Assembly (NCBI GenBank): GCA_963811105.1
Contig: CAWEPZ010000011.1
Span: 1,280,001-1,344,000, forward strand
Length of the DNA: 64,000 nt
Direction of reading: 5' to 3'
Origin: Candidatus Bathyarchaeota archaeon
GTDB taxonomy: Archaea; Thermoproteota; Bathyarchaeia; Bathyarchaeales; Bathycorpusculaceae
Shown: in pieces, positions 1 through 9,864 of the stretch
Layout of the letters: every line of letters begins with the position of its first letter
Position numbering within the stretch: position 1 is the stretch's first letter
Notes under the pieces: model-generated
Databases searched by the model: none
What the model was told of the DNA's origin: nothing
What the model saw: only the letters and a program-made list of their open reading frames with translations
Position numbers and translations under genes: made by a program

Positions 1-1092
1 CGTTCCATCGAAAAAGCCAGCTTTTCCTTCAGGTATAAGTTCCATTGAAAGTGAAAGCATCATTATGTAATACATTGCATAAACGAAGCCTATGCATACC
101 AAAAGAATGCAAGTTATGATTGTGGGTGCAATAGCAAGCGAAATAGCCGCAACCAAAGTGAAAACAAGAAGGCTTCGTAAAAGAATGAATCTGGGCATTT
201 GTTTTCTTATATCCATTGAGTTTGCTCGCTCACGAATCAAGAAGTAACCTGCTGTTGCACCAACAGAGTTGAGAATGTATGCCAAATACACAAATTGTTC
301 TTGTCCGCTAAAAACGTCTTTAAGATAAATTGGCAGAGGCGTAAAAAACAAGCTTGTGGCGAGAGCAAACAAAACTATTGCCAAAGCAAATCCTCGAAAG
401 CTGTCTTCTTTGAGGGAGCCATTCCAACGCAATCCGTCCATAAGTCTAGAAGAACCTTCAACCCCACGATGCATATTGTCCAGCTTCCTTTCTATGCCTA
501 CCAAGCGTCTTTCAAAAACTATCAATGGATCAGCTATGAGTGCTAATGCCAGAACGAATGCAACTACGCTTAAGGCGCTACAAAGATAGAAAGAATAGTT
601 TGACAAAACAGCAAAGCTGAGAGATGATGCAAACAAGAACATGCCTGCAGCTAAACCAATAATAAAACCAATTTCAGTAAGCCCCTCATAAAACCCGAAA
701 GATTTCTCCCAGTCATTGCGACTATAGTGCTCTGTTACAAGCACGTTTTTGGGTGATTCATGCGCCACATGTAGCATCTGCATAACAACATACAACGCAA
801 CAAAAACGATTAGATTCTGGGCAAACGGAAGTGTCATAAGGAAAAGAAACACAGCCATTGAGGCGAAAGAAAGAAGAATAAATGCTTTGTAGTGGCGTGT
901 TTTGTCGCAGAGGTATCCCCAAAGAAAAGAAGCAGGGATAGAGCAGAATATAGCTATGGAAGTCATAACACCTAAGGCAAGAAGGGGCCCACCTAAGATG
1001 TTGGTGTTATTGAAAACTACCACGTACAATGGTATGAAAACCGTTAGCAACCCGAACGCCATGTCGTGGAAGAAGAACCCTAGCCGCCACAT
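1..1092 (-). CDS. MFS transporter (3' end runs off the window)
   Basis: Manual translation from ATG at 1092: MWRLGFFFHDMAFGLLTVFIPLYVV...SFLWGYLCDKTRHYK; contains an MFS motif-A-like G-x-L-x-D-K/R and many hydrophobic helices. Confidence 0.8.
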   Translation of the reverse strand, partial: MWRLGFFFHDMAFGLLTVFIPLYVVVFNNTNILGGPLLALGVMTSIAIFCSIPASFLWGYLCDKTRHYKAFILLSFASMAVFLFLMTLPFAQNLIVFVALYVVMQMLHVAHESPKNVLVTEHYSRNDWEKSFGFYEGLTEIGFIIGLAAGMFLFASSLSFAVLSNYSFYLCSALSVVAFVLALALIADPLIVFERRLVGIERKLDNMHRGVEGSSRLMDGLRWNGSLKEDSFRGFALAIVLFALATSLFFTPLPIYLKDVFSGQEQFVYLAYILNSVGATAGYFLIRERANSMDIRKQMPRFILLRSLLVFTLVAAISLAIAPTIITCILLVCIGFVYAMYYIMMLSLSMELIPEGKAGFFDGT

Positions 1093-1238
1093 AGGCAAAG
1101 GAGCACTTCAAAGTTAAATTAAAACTTTTACCTGAATTATCTTAGTTTAGAAAAATGTGCATAGAACAGAATATTTTTCATAAATCCTTAATAGAGAGAG
1201 CAGCCAATTTCATTCTCCGCTGGAGAGTTAGTCAGCAA

Positions 1239-1634
1239 ATGGCAAAATTTAAAGTAATAGTTTCAGACCCAGAAGCAGGAACGTCTAAAGTTGTCGAGCT
1301 TGAAGAAGCACGCGCAGCCCCATTTATCGGTAGAAGACTTGGAGAAATAATAGACGGCACAGTGGTAGACTTACCAGCTCATAAAGTGCAAATATTGGGC
1401 GGTTCTGACAAAGACGGCGTTCCCATGAGGGGAAACGTTCACGGTGGTGTCCGCAGAAGGGTTGTGCTTAGTGGCGGAGCAGGCTTTAGCCCAAAGAAGA
1501 AGGGTGAAAGAAGACGCAAAACCGTGCGTGGGAGCACAATAACAGATGAGATTGCACAAATTAACATGAAAATCGTTGAAAAACCATTGGGCGTAAAAGC
1601 CCCTGAAGCTAAACCTCAACAACCCACGACATAA
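1239..1634 (+). CDS. rps6e: 30S ribosomal protein S6e
   Basis: MAKFKVIVSDP...GGSDKDGVPMR...GERRRKTVRG; start placed at the internal ATG. Confidence 0.97.
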   Translation: MAKFKVIVSDPEAGTSKVVELEEARAAPFIGRRLGEIIDGTVVDLPAHKVQILGGSDKDGVPMRGNVHGGVRRRVVLSGGAGFSPKKKGERRRKTVRGSTITDEIAQINMKIVEKPLGVKAPEAKPQQPTT

Positions 1635-1711
1635 GCACCAAGTTTGGCAGAGTTCATGCTTAAAACTTATAAACTGCCAAAGTTTATTCTTTCACAATTC
1701 ATCAGGTTTAT

Positions 1712-2971
1712 GTGAATAACATGAGTAGCACGAACAAAGCCTTGCCTAAGCAGCCAGAAGTCAATATTGGCACTATAGGTCACGTTGATCATGGAAAAAC
1801 AACCTTGGTGCAAGCATTAACCGGAGTCTGGGCATCGCGACATAGTGAGGAACTCAAAAGAGGCATCACCATAAAGCTTGGTTATGCAGACATGCCTATT
1901 TACAAATGCCCAAAATGTGAACCGCCAAAAAACTACACCATAAAGCCTTACTGTGAAACCTGCAATTCAGAGGCAGAATTTGTTCGAGCCATAAGTTTTG
2001 TCGACGCACCAGGTCACGAAGCATTAATGGCCACCATGCTTTCTGGCGCCGCTATTATGGACGGGGCAATACTAGTTATAGCAGCCGATGAACCGTGTCC
2101 TCAACCACAGACCCGGGAGCACCTTGCGGCTGCAGAAGTTAGCGGCATTAAGAATATTATTATTGTCCAGAACAAGATCGACATTGTCGATGGAAAAAGA
2201 GCTCAGGAAAGTTACAAGGAAATTAAGAACTTTATTAAGGGAACAGTTGCAGAAAAGGCACCAATTATTCCAATCTCAGCCCAGCGTGGAATAAACATTG
2301 ACATCTTGCTCACAGCTATTCAAACAATTATTCCGACACCCCAAAGGGACGAAACCAAGCCACCGCTAATGTACATTATACGTTCTTTTGACGTTAACAA
2401 GCCTGGAACCACCATTGAGAATCTTGAAGGCGGTATAATAGGCGGAACCATCGCTCAAGGAAAATTTGTTGTAGGAGAAGAAATAGAAATTCGCCCGGGC
2501 ATCAGCATCGAAAGAGAAGGCAAAACCGTTTACGACCCATTAATCACCGAAATAGTAAGTCTGAATGCTGGCGAACAAAGCGTCAAAGAAGCCACTTGTG
2601 GAGGATTGATTGGAGTTGGAACTTGTCTTGATCCTTCCTATTCAAAGGCAGACGGTTTAACAGGCAGCATCGCTGGAAAAGCAGGAATGCTTCCGCAAAC
2701 ATTAACAGAGCTAACTTTAGAAACACACGTTTTAGAGAGAGCCGTAGGAACAAAGGAGCTTTTAAAGGTTGAAAAATTCAATCCTGAAGAAGTTCTGTTG
2801 CTTCACGTAGGCGCTGCGGTTAACGTTGGAAAAATATTGGCAATAAAACAGAATGTGATTAAAGTTAAGTTGACTAGGCCAATTTGTGCAATGCCTGGTT
2901 CCAGAGTTGCCATCAGCAGAAAAATTACTGCCCGTTGGAGACTTATTGGGTATGGGCTAATAGTAAAATAA
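1712..2971 (+). CDS. eif2g: Translation initiation factor 2 gamma subunit
   Basis: GHVDHGKTT, RGITIKLGY, DAPGHE, QNKID and Zn-knuckle Cys pairs; the true start may be ATG 1721. Confidence 0.97.
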   Translation: MNNMSSTNKALPKQPEVNIGTIGHVDHGKTTLVQALTGVWASRHSEELKRGITIKLGYADMPIYKCPKCEPPKNYTIKPYCETCNSEAEFVRAISFVDAPGHEALMATMLSGAAIMDGAILVIAADEPCPQPQTREHLAAAEVSGIKNIIIVQNKIDIVDGKRAQESYKEIKNFIKGTVAEKAPIIPISAQRGINIDILLTAIQTIIPTPQRDETKPPLMYIIRSFDVNKPGTTIENLEGGIIGGTIAQGKFVVGEEIEIRPGISIEREGKTVYDPLITEIVSLNAGEQSVKEATCGGLIGVGTCLDPSYSKADGLTGSIAGKAGMLPQTLTELTLETHVLERAVGTKELLKVEKFNPEEVLLLHVGAAVNVGKILAIKQNVIKVKLTRPICAMPGSRVAISRKITARWRLIGYGLIVK

Positions 2972-2976
2972 GCAAC

Positions 2977-3414
2977 TTATTCTACGGGTTTTATTATTCC
3001 ATTTTTCTTTAGAAAATCTTGAGCTTTTTGAAGCGTATCCTTAGCATTTTTGAAAGTCAATTTTTCCATGGCGTGCTGATAGTCAAGCCAAATATAACCT
3101 ACGTGTTCAAAAGATAGCTCAACTTTGTTAGTGTTTGCTTCCATTAAGTAGAAAACGACTTCTTTGTGAACTTTTGAACCTTGCCTGCGGTAAAAATAAG
3201 TAATTGCTTCCCTAAAGCCATCTATAAATTTGGCATCGGTTATGCTTGTTTCCTCTTTTAGTTCCCTTACAACCGTTTCTTTTTCTTTTTCATTAGGTTC
3301 AACATTGCCCTTCACAAAATCCCAATGCCCCGCAGCATAGTTAAGAAGAAGATAGTTTGTCAAGTCACCTTTTTTTATGAATACTACTGCCCCGCAAGAT
3401 TTTTCATTAATCAT
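2977..3414 (-). CDS. NUDIX hydrolase (Ap4A hydrolase-like)
   Basis: HWDFVKGNVE...VRELKEET Nudix box, LSFEH. Confidence 0.9.
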   Translation of the reverse strand: MINEKSCGAVVFIKKGDLTNYLLLNYAAGHWDFVKGNVEPNEKEKETVVRELKEETSITDAKFIDGFREAITYFYRRQGSKVHKEVVFYLMEANTNKVELSFEHVGYIWLDYQHAMEKLTFKNAKDTLQKAQDFLKKNGIIKPVE

Positions 3415-3547
3415 ACATTCACCTGACTGCTTGTCAATTCATTTACTCAACGTATTTAAAGCCTAGTAATTTTAAGGCTATACATTGCGAGACTCTATGA
3501 AATATCTTAAGCCTGCAAACAGGTTTACCAGAATAGGAGCATACCAA

Positions 3548-3970
3548 ATGTTGGCTTCACCCCAAAAAAGTGAACGGTTAAAAGTTATCTTAGATTCAAA
3601 CGCATTGTTTATTCCGCTTGAGTTTAAACTTGACATTTTTGCTGAAGTTCAACATTTGTTGAATCGGAACGTTGATTTTGTTTTGCTATCGCCAGTTAAA
3701 CATGAACTTGAATTATTATCCACTAAGGATTCGCCTAAAACCCGAAGAGAAGCTAGTTTCGCATTAAAGCTTGGCGAAAAATGCAAATATGTTAAAATTG
3801 AAAACTATGGACAGACGACCACTGATGATATTATAGTTAAAGTTGCTAAGGAGTGGAATTCTCCCGTGTTTACTAACGACAGTCAACTACGGAGGAGGCT
3901 AAGAGATATAAGTGTGCCAGTGATTTATGTGAGACAAAAATCTCGTTTAGAGATTGACGGATTGATATAA
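3548..3970 (+). CDS. PIN-domain protein (Fcf1/Utp24-like)
   Basis: VILDSNAL...TDDII...FTNDSQLRRR; usual position upstream of rpoE1. Confidence 0.88.
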   Translation: MLASPQKSERLKVILDSNALFIPLEFKLDIFAEVQHLLNRNVDFVLLSPVKHELELLSTKDSPKTRREASFALKLGEKCKYVKIENYGQTTTDDIIVKVAKEWNSPVFTNDSQLRRRLRDISVPVIYVRQKSRLEIDGLI

Positions 3971-3972
3971 CT

Positions 3973-4554
3973 ATGTTTAAGCTCATAACGCTGCAGGATA
4001 CTATCCGCATTCCTCCTGAGACTTTTGGTAACCCATTAGAGAAAGTTGGTCGGGAACAGGTTAAGCAGAAATATGAAGGAGTTGTAGATGAGGAATTAGG
4101 ATATGTAATTGCAGTCACAAGTATAGAAGTTAGCCCCATAGGTAAGATAATTCCAGGTGACGGAGCTACTTTCCATAAAGTTTCATTTTCCTTGTTAACG
4201 TTCTATCCGATAATTCAGGAAGTTGTCGAAGGAGACGTAGTTGAAATTGCAGACTTCGGCGCTTTCGTACGAATAGGACCAGTAGACGCTCTGCTTCATG
4301 TGTCACAACTTATGGATGACTACATCTCTTATGACGAAAAGCAAGGAGTACTGCTTGGAAAAGAGACTAAACGTAAACTCACAACGGGCGACCAAGTACG
4401 AGTTAGAATAACAGCGGTTTCGCTTGGCAGAGCTGGAAGCTCGGGAAAAATTGGCGTTACAGCAAGGCAACCATTTCTAGGTAAACTGGATTGGTTAAAG
4501 GAGATACCTGTTGCGCCTGAAAAGAAGTCAGTGGAAGGCAAAGAAAAATCATAG
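3973..4554 (+). CDS. rpoE1: RNA polymerase subunit E' (Rpo7)
   Basis: IRIPPETFG, S1 domain FGAFVRIGPVDALLHVSQ, RQPFLGK. Confidence 0.97.
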   Translation: MFKLITLQDTIRIPPETFGNPLEKVGREQVKQKYEGVVDEELGYVIAVTSIEVSPIGKIIPGDGATFHKVSFSLLTFYPIIQEVVEGDVVEIADFGAFVRIGPVDALLHVSQLMDDYISYDEKQGVLLGKETKRKLTTGDQVRVRITAVSLGRAGSSGKIGVTARQPFLGKLDWLKEIPVAPEKKSVEGKEKS

Positions 4555-4573
4555 TAAACAGGAGTGAATTGGA

Positions 4574-4759
4574 ATGAGTGAGAAATCGTGTTCTAACTGT
4601 CATTTTATAACTAAAGAAAATGTTTGCTCAAAGTGCAGGTCTACAAGTTTTAGCGAAGATTATAGCGGCTTAGTCGTTATGTTTGATCCGGATACCTCAG
4701 TTATTGCAAAAGCCATGAACATAAAAGAGAAAGGAAGATACGCGCTAAAAGTACGCTAA
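4574..4759 (+). CDS. spt4: Transcription elongation factor Spt4 (RpoE'')
   Basis: CxxC...CxxC, ends GRYALKVR; follows rpoE1. Confidence 0.95.
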   Translation: MSEKSCSNCHFITKENVCSKCRSTSFSEDYSGLVVMFDPDTSVIAKAMNIKEKGRYALKVR

Positions 4760-4823
4760 TCCTTTAGACATTGCATAATAACTCTATATAGAGCTAAAAT
4801 AGAGGAGCAGTAAAGTTGAAAAA

Positions 4824-5372
4824 ATGACCGTAGTTTACACTATAACATCTGCTCTTCGAACGAAATTCAAAGAACCTTTTGGCACCTTAATTCAAGGCTC
4901 ATTTGACCAAACAATGGCTAAATTGGAAACCCTAATAAAAAAAGAGAAGCCGTCGAGGGTAATTTCAGTGGGAGACGTGGTTTCCAACAATTTGCATAAA
5001 CATAGCATAAACCCACAATTGACGATTATTGATAACAAATTTTTGAGAAAACAAGTCATACCGGAAAAAGTTTCTCTTGAGAAAACAATCCAGGTGAAGA
5101 ACCCTCAAGGAACAATTACCCAGGAAGCGATTATAGCGGTTAAGCAAGCATTAGAAGAAAATGAGCATATTCATATTGTTGTAGATGGCGAGGAAGACTT
5201 ACTCACACTTATAGCTGTTTTGTACGCTCCAGAGAACGCTGTGGTAATTTATGGACAGCCATATTCAGGCATAGTTGTTGTAAAAGTTACGACGCAAAAA
5301 AGGGCTGAGGCGGAAAACTTCCTGGAAGCAATGAAACCCTTCGAAAAGCTAAATAGGAAGAAAACTGTTTGA
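4824..5372 (+). CDS. GTP-dependent dephospho-CoA kinase (DUF359)
   Basis: VGDVVS, NPQGTIT, VDGEEDLL, YGQP motifs; conserved synteny. Confidence 0.9.
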   Translation: MTVVYTITSALRTKFKEPFGTLIQGSFDQTMAKLETLIKKEKPSRVISVGDVVSNNLHKHSINPQLTIIDNKFLRKQVIPEKVSLEKTIQVKNPQGTITQEAIIAVKQALEENEHIHIVVDGEEDLLTLIAVLYAPENAVVIYGQPYSGIVVVKVTTQKRAEAENFLEAMKPFEKLNRKKTV

Positions 5373-5395
5373 AATTACGCCTTAAGTGAATATTA

Positions 5396-5707
5396 ATGCA
5401 AATCAAAATAGAAACAACCAAGAACAACCCGCTTCTAAAGCGCAAAGAAGTAGGCTTCACCATTTTTCAAGGTCCTAAGGAGAAAACTCCTCCAAGGTTA
5501 GAAGTCAAAAAAGCCATTGCCATTGAAATGAAAATTGCTGATGAAGTAGTTTTTGTTAAGAGAATGCATACAAAAACCGGAACAAGCATCACACAAGGAG
5601 AGGCTAACGTCTACCAAACAGTTGAACAGGCAAAACTAGTTGAGCCTGAATACATCAGGAAACGCAACAGCCCACCTGAAAAACCTAAGGAAGAGGCTGC
5701 AGCTTAA
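5396..5707 (+). CDS. rps24e: 30S ribosomal protein S24e
   Basis: NPLLKRKEV, TPPRLEV, EPEYIRKRN. Confidence 0.95.
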   Translation: MQIKIETTKNNPLLKRKEVGFTIFQGPKEKTPPRLEVKKAIAIEMKIADEVVFVKRMHTKTGTSITQGEANVYQTVEQAKLVEPEYIRKRNSPPEKPKEEAAA

Positions 5708-5991
5708 TGTCTAAAAAACCACCAGTAGCAAAGAAAGAAGAACCTCCCGTTGCGCCAGCAACAACAGCGGGATCAGGAGCGGCGCCAGCACCAAAAAAAA
5801 TAGAGAAGGGAAAGAGGGAAAAGAAACACAAAGAGGAAAAAGGAGTTCGCGCCATGTACAAAAATGAAGGCGAAAAAGTTACCAGGGCGCGTCCAACTTG
5901 CGAGCGATGTGGACCTGGATACTTTATGGCAGACCACCATGACAGGTATACTTGCGGTCACTGTGGTTTTACTCGTTACAAGCAGAAATAA
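5707..5991 (+). CDS. rps27ae: 30S ribosomal protein S27ae with N-terminal extension
   Basis: CERCGPGYFMADHHDRYTCGHCG; start overlaps the rps24e stop. Confidence 0.93.
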   Translation: MSKKPPVAKKEEPPVAPATTAGSGAAPAPKKIEKGKREKKHKEEKGVRAMYKNEGEKVTRARPTCERCGPGYFMADHHDRYTCGHCGFTRYKQK

Positions 5992-6037
5992 ACAGTTTTA
6001 AATTCTCCCTTGTGCGATTAGGTTCTGATGACCACTA

Positions 6038-6466
6038 ATGCTTAGGGTAAATGTAGTAATAACCAACATATCAGCCGAACGCTTCTGGGACGTAAGAAAA
6101 CCGATTCCGCCCATTCAGATAAACACTAACATTAATGTTGTGGGTATGGAGAAGAAGCAGGATGAATCTTTGGAAGTTCCTTTTGTTTTGTCAATTGGGT
6201 TTAATCCATCTATCGCTCAAATGAACCTAAAAGGAATGGCTTACGTTAACGGCGAGCGAAACGAAGTTGATAAAGCGCTCAAAGACTACGAACAGAAGAA
6301 GCCGCCGCCACAAATAGTTATTCAATCAATATCAAATGTGGTCTTCATTGAAGCAGTACTAATATCTAGAATACTTAATATTCCACCGCCGATTCCGCTA
6401 CCGCAGATTCCTGAAACAGGCAAACAGCCAAGTTCCAAGCCTGAAGGAAGAGACTACTCCGCGTAG
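6038..6466 (+). CDS. Conserved archaeal hypothetical protein
   Basis: 142-aa ORF continuing the operon, with C-terminal LNIPPPIPLP. Confidence 0.75.
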   Translation: MLRVNVVITNISAERFWDVRKPIPPIQINTNINVVGMEKKQDESLEVPFVLSIGFNPSIAQMNLKGMAYVNGERNEVDKALKDYEQKKPPPQIVIQSISNVVFIEAVLISRILNIPPPIPLPQIPETGKQPSSKPEGRDYSA

Positions 6467-6580
6467 GAATGGCTGACTTGGTCGTTAGTGAGCTTAATTT
6501 TTGAATCCCCAATTCCATTGTTCACGTTTGGAGTACTAAAAATCCATCGTAGCGAAATCATAAAATCACATTGAATGTGT

Positions 6581-6640
6581 TAGACTTTTTTAGACCTTTT
6601 CAGTCTTCTCCAGACCTTTCCAGACGTTTCTAGACCTTTT
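6581..6640. repeat. Six tandem degenerate 10-mers, consensus YAGACCTTTY
   Basis: TAGACTTTTT TAGACCTTTT CAGTCTTCTC CAGACCTTTC CAGACGTTTC TAGACCTTTT. Confidence 0.8.
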
Positions 6641-6756
6641 AGGACTCAACCTACAACTGAATCAAGTTTTGAATCAAAAAAGCAACTCAAATTAAACTGA
6701 ACTAAAAATGAAAAAAAAGACTGTTGTCTGTTCTTCTTGAGACTGAAAATACACTC

Positions 6757-8256
6757 CTACTGAAACCCTTTGAATTTCCTTGCTGCCGCATCAGCAATTC
6801 TTAATTCGATTGGGAATCCGAAATATCGGTGTTTCCACCGGTACTTTGCGATTCGATTCAATAAACTATATGCGATTTTGTAAGCAAGGTCGTGCTCCAT
6901 TATTCTTGATTGAGGATAGAAGGCACATCGTGTAACTGCGGAAATCGTATGCAACTTATCAACACGCTCTTTGTCATGCCATGGCGGGTCAAAATGAAAA
7001 ACTTGTATGCTTCCCCATTCTACGAGTGATTGTGGCGCTTCGAATTGTGGTGGCAAAAATTGCATAACTGTACTTGGAAATGGTGTGTAAACAAATATGC
7101 CATAATGTTGGGTTTTAGGATTTACCTGTCGCATTTTGTCCATTAAATTAAAAGTTTGATTCAAATCTTCATCTGTTTCGCCAGGAAGACCACTCATCCA
7201 TGATACGAAGGGTTCGATGGAAGGTGCCCAGCGCCGTAGATTTTCAACCGATTGCATCATTTGTTCTGCTGTAACATCTTTGCAAATTAGTCGTTGTAGC
7301 CGGTCTGAACCTGATTCTCCCCCAAAATCTAACTCAACGCACCCAGCTTTCTCTAAAAGCTCAAGAAAATCTTTGTCGTAGGTGGATAAGTAATCAAACC
7401 GACAATTGCCGCGCCATTGAATGGCTAGTTTTCGTTCTAAGATTCCTCGGCAGATTTCCTCAACGCGTTTTTTGTCGACAAAAACATTATCATCTATTGG
7501 GTCAATTATCTTTATGTTTGGAAACTTGCTAAGTATATACTCTATTTCATCTACTACGTGCTTAGCACTTTTGCCTCTCCATTTATTTTTGTTGAAAATG
7601 GTATTGTAACAGAAACCGCATCTGTGTGGGCACCCACGGCTTGTCTGAATATGAAAACGGCCGGATTTTACCGACGGATACTTATCCATTTGTAGTAAAT
7701 CGTAAGGCAAATCTATTGGTTGAGCATCCAAATCCATCACTTTGCCGTCTGGGTTGCTTTTGAGTAACCCGTCAGAATTGTAAGTTATTCCTGCAACTTT
7801 TTCGAGTGGTTCGTTTGAAGTGAGTGCATTTGCCAAATCTTTAATGATTAGCTCACCTTCTCCACGAACAACAATATCCACAAAGTCGTTGCGGGCTGTT
7901 TGTTCAGGTAATAAAGTTGGGTGTACCCCTCCCCAAACAATTGGGCATCGAGGACTTTGAGTTCTTACGTAACGTGCAAACTCCAAGGCATATTTAATTT
8001 GTAGTCCAGTCATGCAACTTATCCCTACAAAAACAGGATTACCCACTGCATAGTTGCGATAATCTTGAAGTCTCATGTCAAGAATGCGTACTGCAAAACC
8101 TTCTTCCTGCAGTGAAGCAGCTATGTACAAAAGCGAAAGAGGAACCTGCGGATCGGGAGCTTTAAATTTCCCTGGATATACTAGCAAGACATCTTTCCCA
8201 TTGGTACCAGTGTAGATATTGCAAAAATGGGTCAGACATGTCTGTTGACTAAACAA
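6757..8256 (-). CDS. B12-binding radical SAM protein
   Basis: PLSLLYIAA, VWGGVHPT, RGEGE, SRGCPHRCGFC, GLPGET; start uncertain. Confidence 0.92.
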   Translation of the reverse strand: MFSQQTCLTHFCNIYTGTNGKDVLLVYPGKFKAPDPQVPLSLLYIAASLQEEGFAVRILDMRLQDYRNYAVGNPVFVGISCMTGLQIKYALEFARYVRTQSPRCPIVWGGVHPTLLPEQTARNDFVDIVVRGEGELIIKDLANALTSNEPLEKVAGITYNSDGLLKSNPDGKVMDLDAQPIDLPYDLLQMDKYPSVKSGRFHIQTSRGCPHRCGFCYNTIFNKNKWRGKSAKHVVDEIEYILSKFPNIKIIDPIDDNVFVDKKRVEEICRGILERKLAIQWRGNCRFDYLSTYDKDFLELLEKAGCVELDFGGESGSDRLQRLICKDVTAEQMMQSVENLRRWAPSIEPFVSWMSGLPGETDEDLNQTFNLMDKMRQVNPKTQHYGIFVYTPFPSTVMQFLPPQFEAPQSLVEWGSIQVFHFDPPWHDKERVDKLHTISAVTRCAFYPQSRIMEHDLAYKIAYSLLNRIAKYRWKHRYFGFPIELRIADAAARKFKGFQ

Positions 8257-8383
8257 TCCGAAGAAACCTCATTAGTGAATTATCTGGAATAGTTTTTAAT
8301 CTTTCGTAATTTCATAGAATGAATTTTAGAAAAAGAAAACGCTAAGAATTGTGTATGGAAAAAAGAAACAAATCAAGGAAAGG

Positions 8384-8788
8384 TTATTTCAATGGCACGT
8401 ACATTGATGAGCGCGATGCGCCTATACCTGGAGTACCATGCCTAACAGGCTTGTTAGTAATTGCAAATTCCCCAAGGTAATGCCCAATCATTTCAGGTTT
8501 CATTTCGACTGCAACGAATTCCTTGCCGTTGTGGATTTGGATTTTTACTCCAACCATCTCGGGCAGGATGATAAGGTCGCGTACGTGAGTTTTAAGGTTG
8601 ACTTCTTGGCCTTGTTTTTGGGCTTCTTTAGTTTCCCGCAGTTTCTCCAGCAGTATGCGTTGTTCAGGGGTTAAGCCACGTTGCAGGCTTCTTCTTTGTC
8701 GTGATGGAAGCAGATTTATGAATTCGTCCATAGACATGCCTATCAAACTATTCAAGCTGTGTCCGCGGTAACTAAATTCTTTGGGCAT
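8384..8788 (-). CDS. rps19: 30S ribosomal protein S19
   Basis: [30 protein letters not shown]. Confidence 0.97.
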   Translation of the reverse strand: MPKEFSYRGHSLNSLIGMSMDEFINLLPSRQRRSLQRGLTPEQRILLEKLRETKEAQKQGQEVNLKTHVRDLIILPEMVGVKIQIHNGKEFVAVEMKPEMIGHYLGEFAITNKPVRHGTPGIGASRSSMYVPLK

Positions 8789-8842
8789 TTTTCATCTTCA
8801 CCTTAAACTCATTCTTAAACGCTATAAACCTTCTGTCAATTC

Positions 8843-9583
8843 TTAGCGAATTGCGCGCTTCTTTTTCTGTCCTGGGCCTCTTGCGGCGATCAATCCGACT
8901 TTCTGTCCTGGTGGAGCACCGTGTGAAGTTGTCGTGCATCTGCGTGCGCTTCGTTTGCTGCTACCGTATGGGTGGCAAGCTGGAACCATTTTGCGGCCGC
9001 TTGTTCTCGGGTATTTGTGTCCTTTAGCTTTCATTAAATGGAACATCGAGCCTGCTTTTAGGAAAGGCTTATCAATTCTTCCAGCTGCGGAGACTACGCC
9101 GACAGTTGTTAAGCAGTAATCATCAACGTATCTTGTTCGTCCAGATGGCAAGCGTATCATTGTGCCTTGTGGGGTGTGACCGACAACGGTAGCATATGTG
9201 CCTGAGGACTTTGCCATTTTTCCTCCATCACCTGGACGGAGTTCTAAATCGCAGACTATGGTTCCTTCAGGTACTTTTCCTAAAGGAAGAATGTTGCCTA
9301 TTTCAGCTGGAGCTTTTCCGCCGTAGCAAATTTGTTGTCCAATGAAGACTCCTTCAGGGGTAACGGTGTAGCATGATAGACCATTTTCAAATTTAATCAG
9401 AGATATTGGTGAACCGCTACCAGGATTATGCATAAGATTTTCTATTTTGCCTGACAAAGATGCGTCGAAAGATTGTTTGGGCGCTATAGTAGGGTACTTT
9501 GCAGGAGCAACTCGTTTGTGAGTCGAAGCCCGCCAGTTTTGGCCACCGCGACCACGTCTTTGTACACGAATTCGTTTTCCCAT
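8843..9583 (-). CDS. rpl2: 50S ribosomal protein L2
   Basis: MGKRIRVQRRGRG, GNILPL, APPGQKVGLIAAR; synteny. Confidence 0.95.
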   Translation of the reverse strand: MGKRIRVQRRGRGGQNWRASTHKRVAPAKYPTIAPKQSFDASLSGKIENLMHNPGSGSPISLIKFENGLSCYTVTPEGVFIGQQICYGGKAPAEIGNILPLGKVPEGTIVCDLELRPGDGGKMAKSSGTYATVVGHTPQGTMIRLPSGRTRYVDDYCLTTVGVVSAAGRIDKPFLKAGSMFHLMKAKGHKYPRTSGRKMVPACHPYGSSKRSARRCTTTSHGAPPGQKVGLIAARGPGQKKKRAIR

Positions 9584-9603
9584 AAGTCATGCCTTCTAAT
9601 AAT

Positions 9604-9864
9604 TTAGAGTATTCCTAGTTTGATTGCGACATCAGAGGCTCTGAATTCAGGAGTAAGCTTGACAAAGGCTTTTTTCACGCCTTGAGGGGTAATAAGCAAG
9701 TTGACTTTGCTTACTTTAACTTCGTAGAGTTCTTCAACCGCTTTTCTTACATCGCTTTTGCCAGCTTTCAAGCTGACTATGAATATGAGTTTGTTGTCTC
9801 GTTCAACCATTAAGCTTGCGGATTCTGTCATTAATGGGTAAGAAATAACTTCATTCGAGTCCAT
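9604..9864 (-). CDS. rpl23: 50S ribosomal protein L23
   Basis: YPLMTE, KVNLL, KKAFVKL. Confidence 0.96.
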   Translation of the reverse strand: MDSNEVISYPLMTESASLMVERDNKLIFIVSLKAGKSDVRKAVEELYEVKVSKVNLLITPQGVKKAFVKLTPEFRASDVAIKLGIL

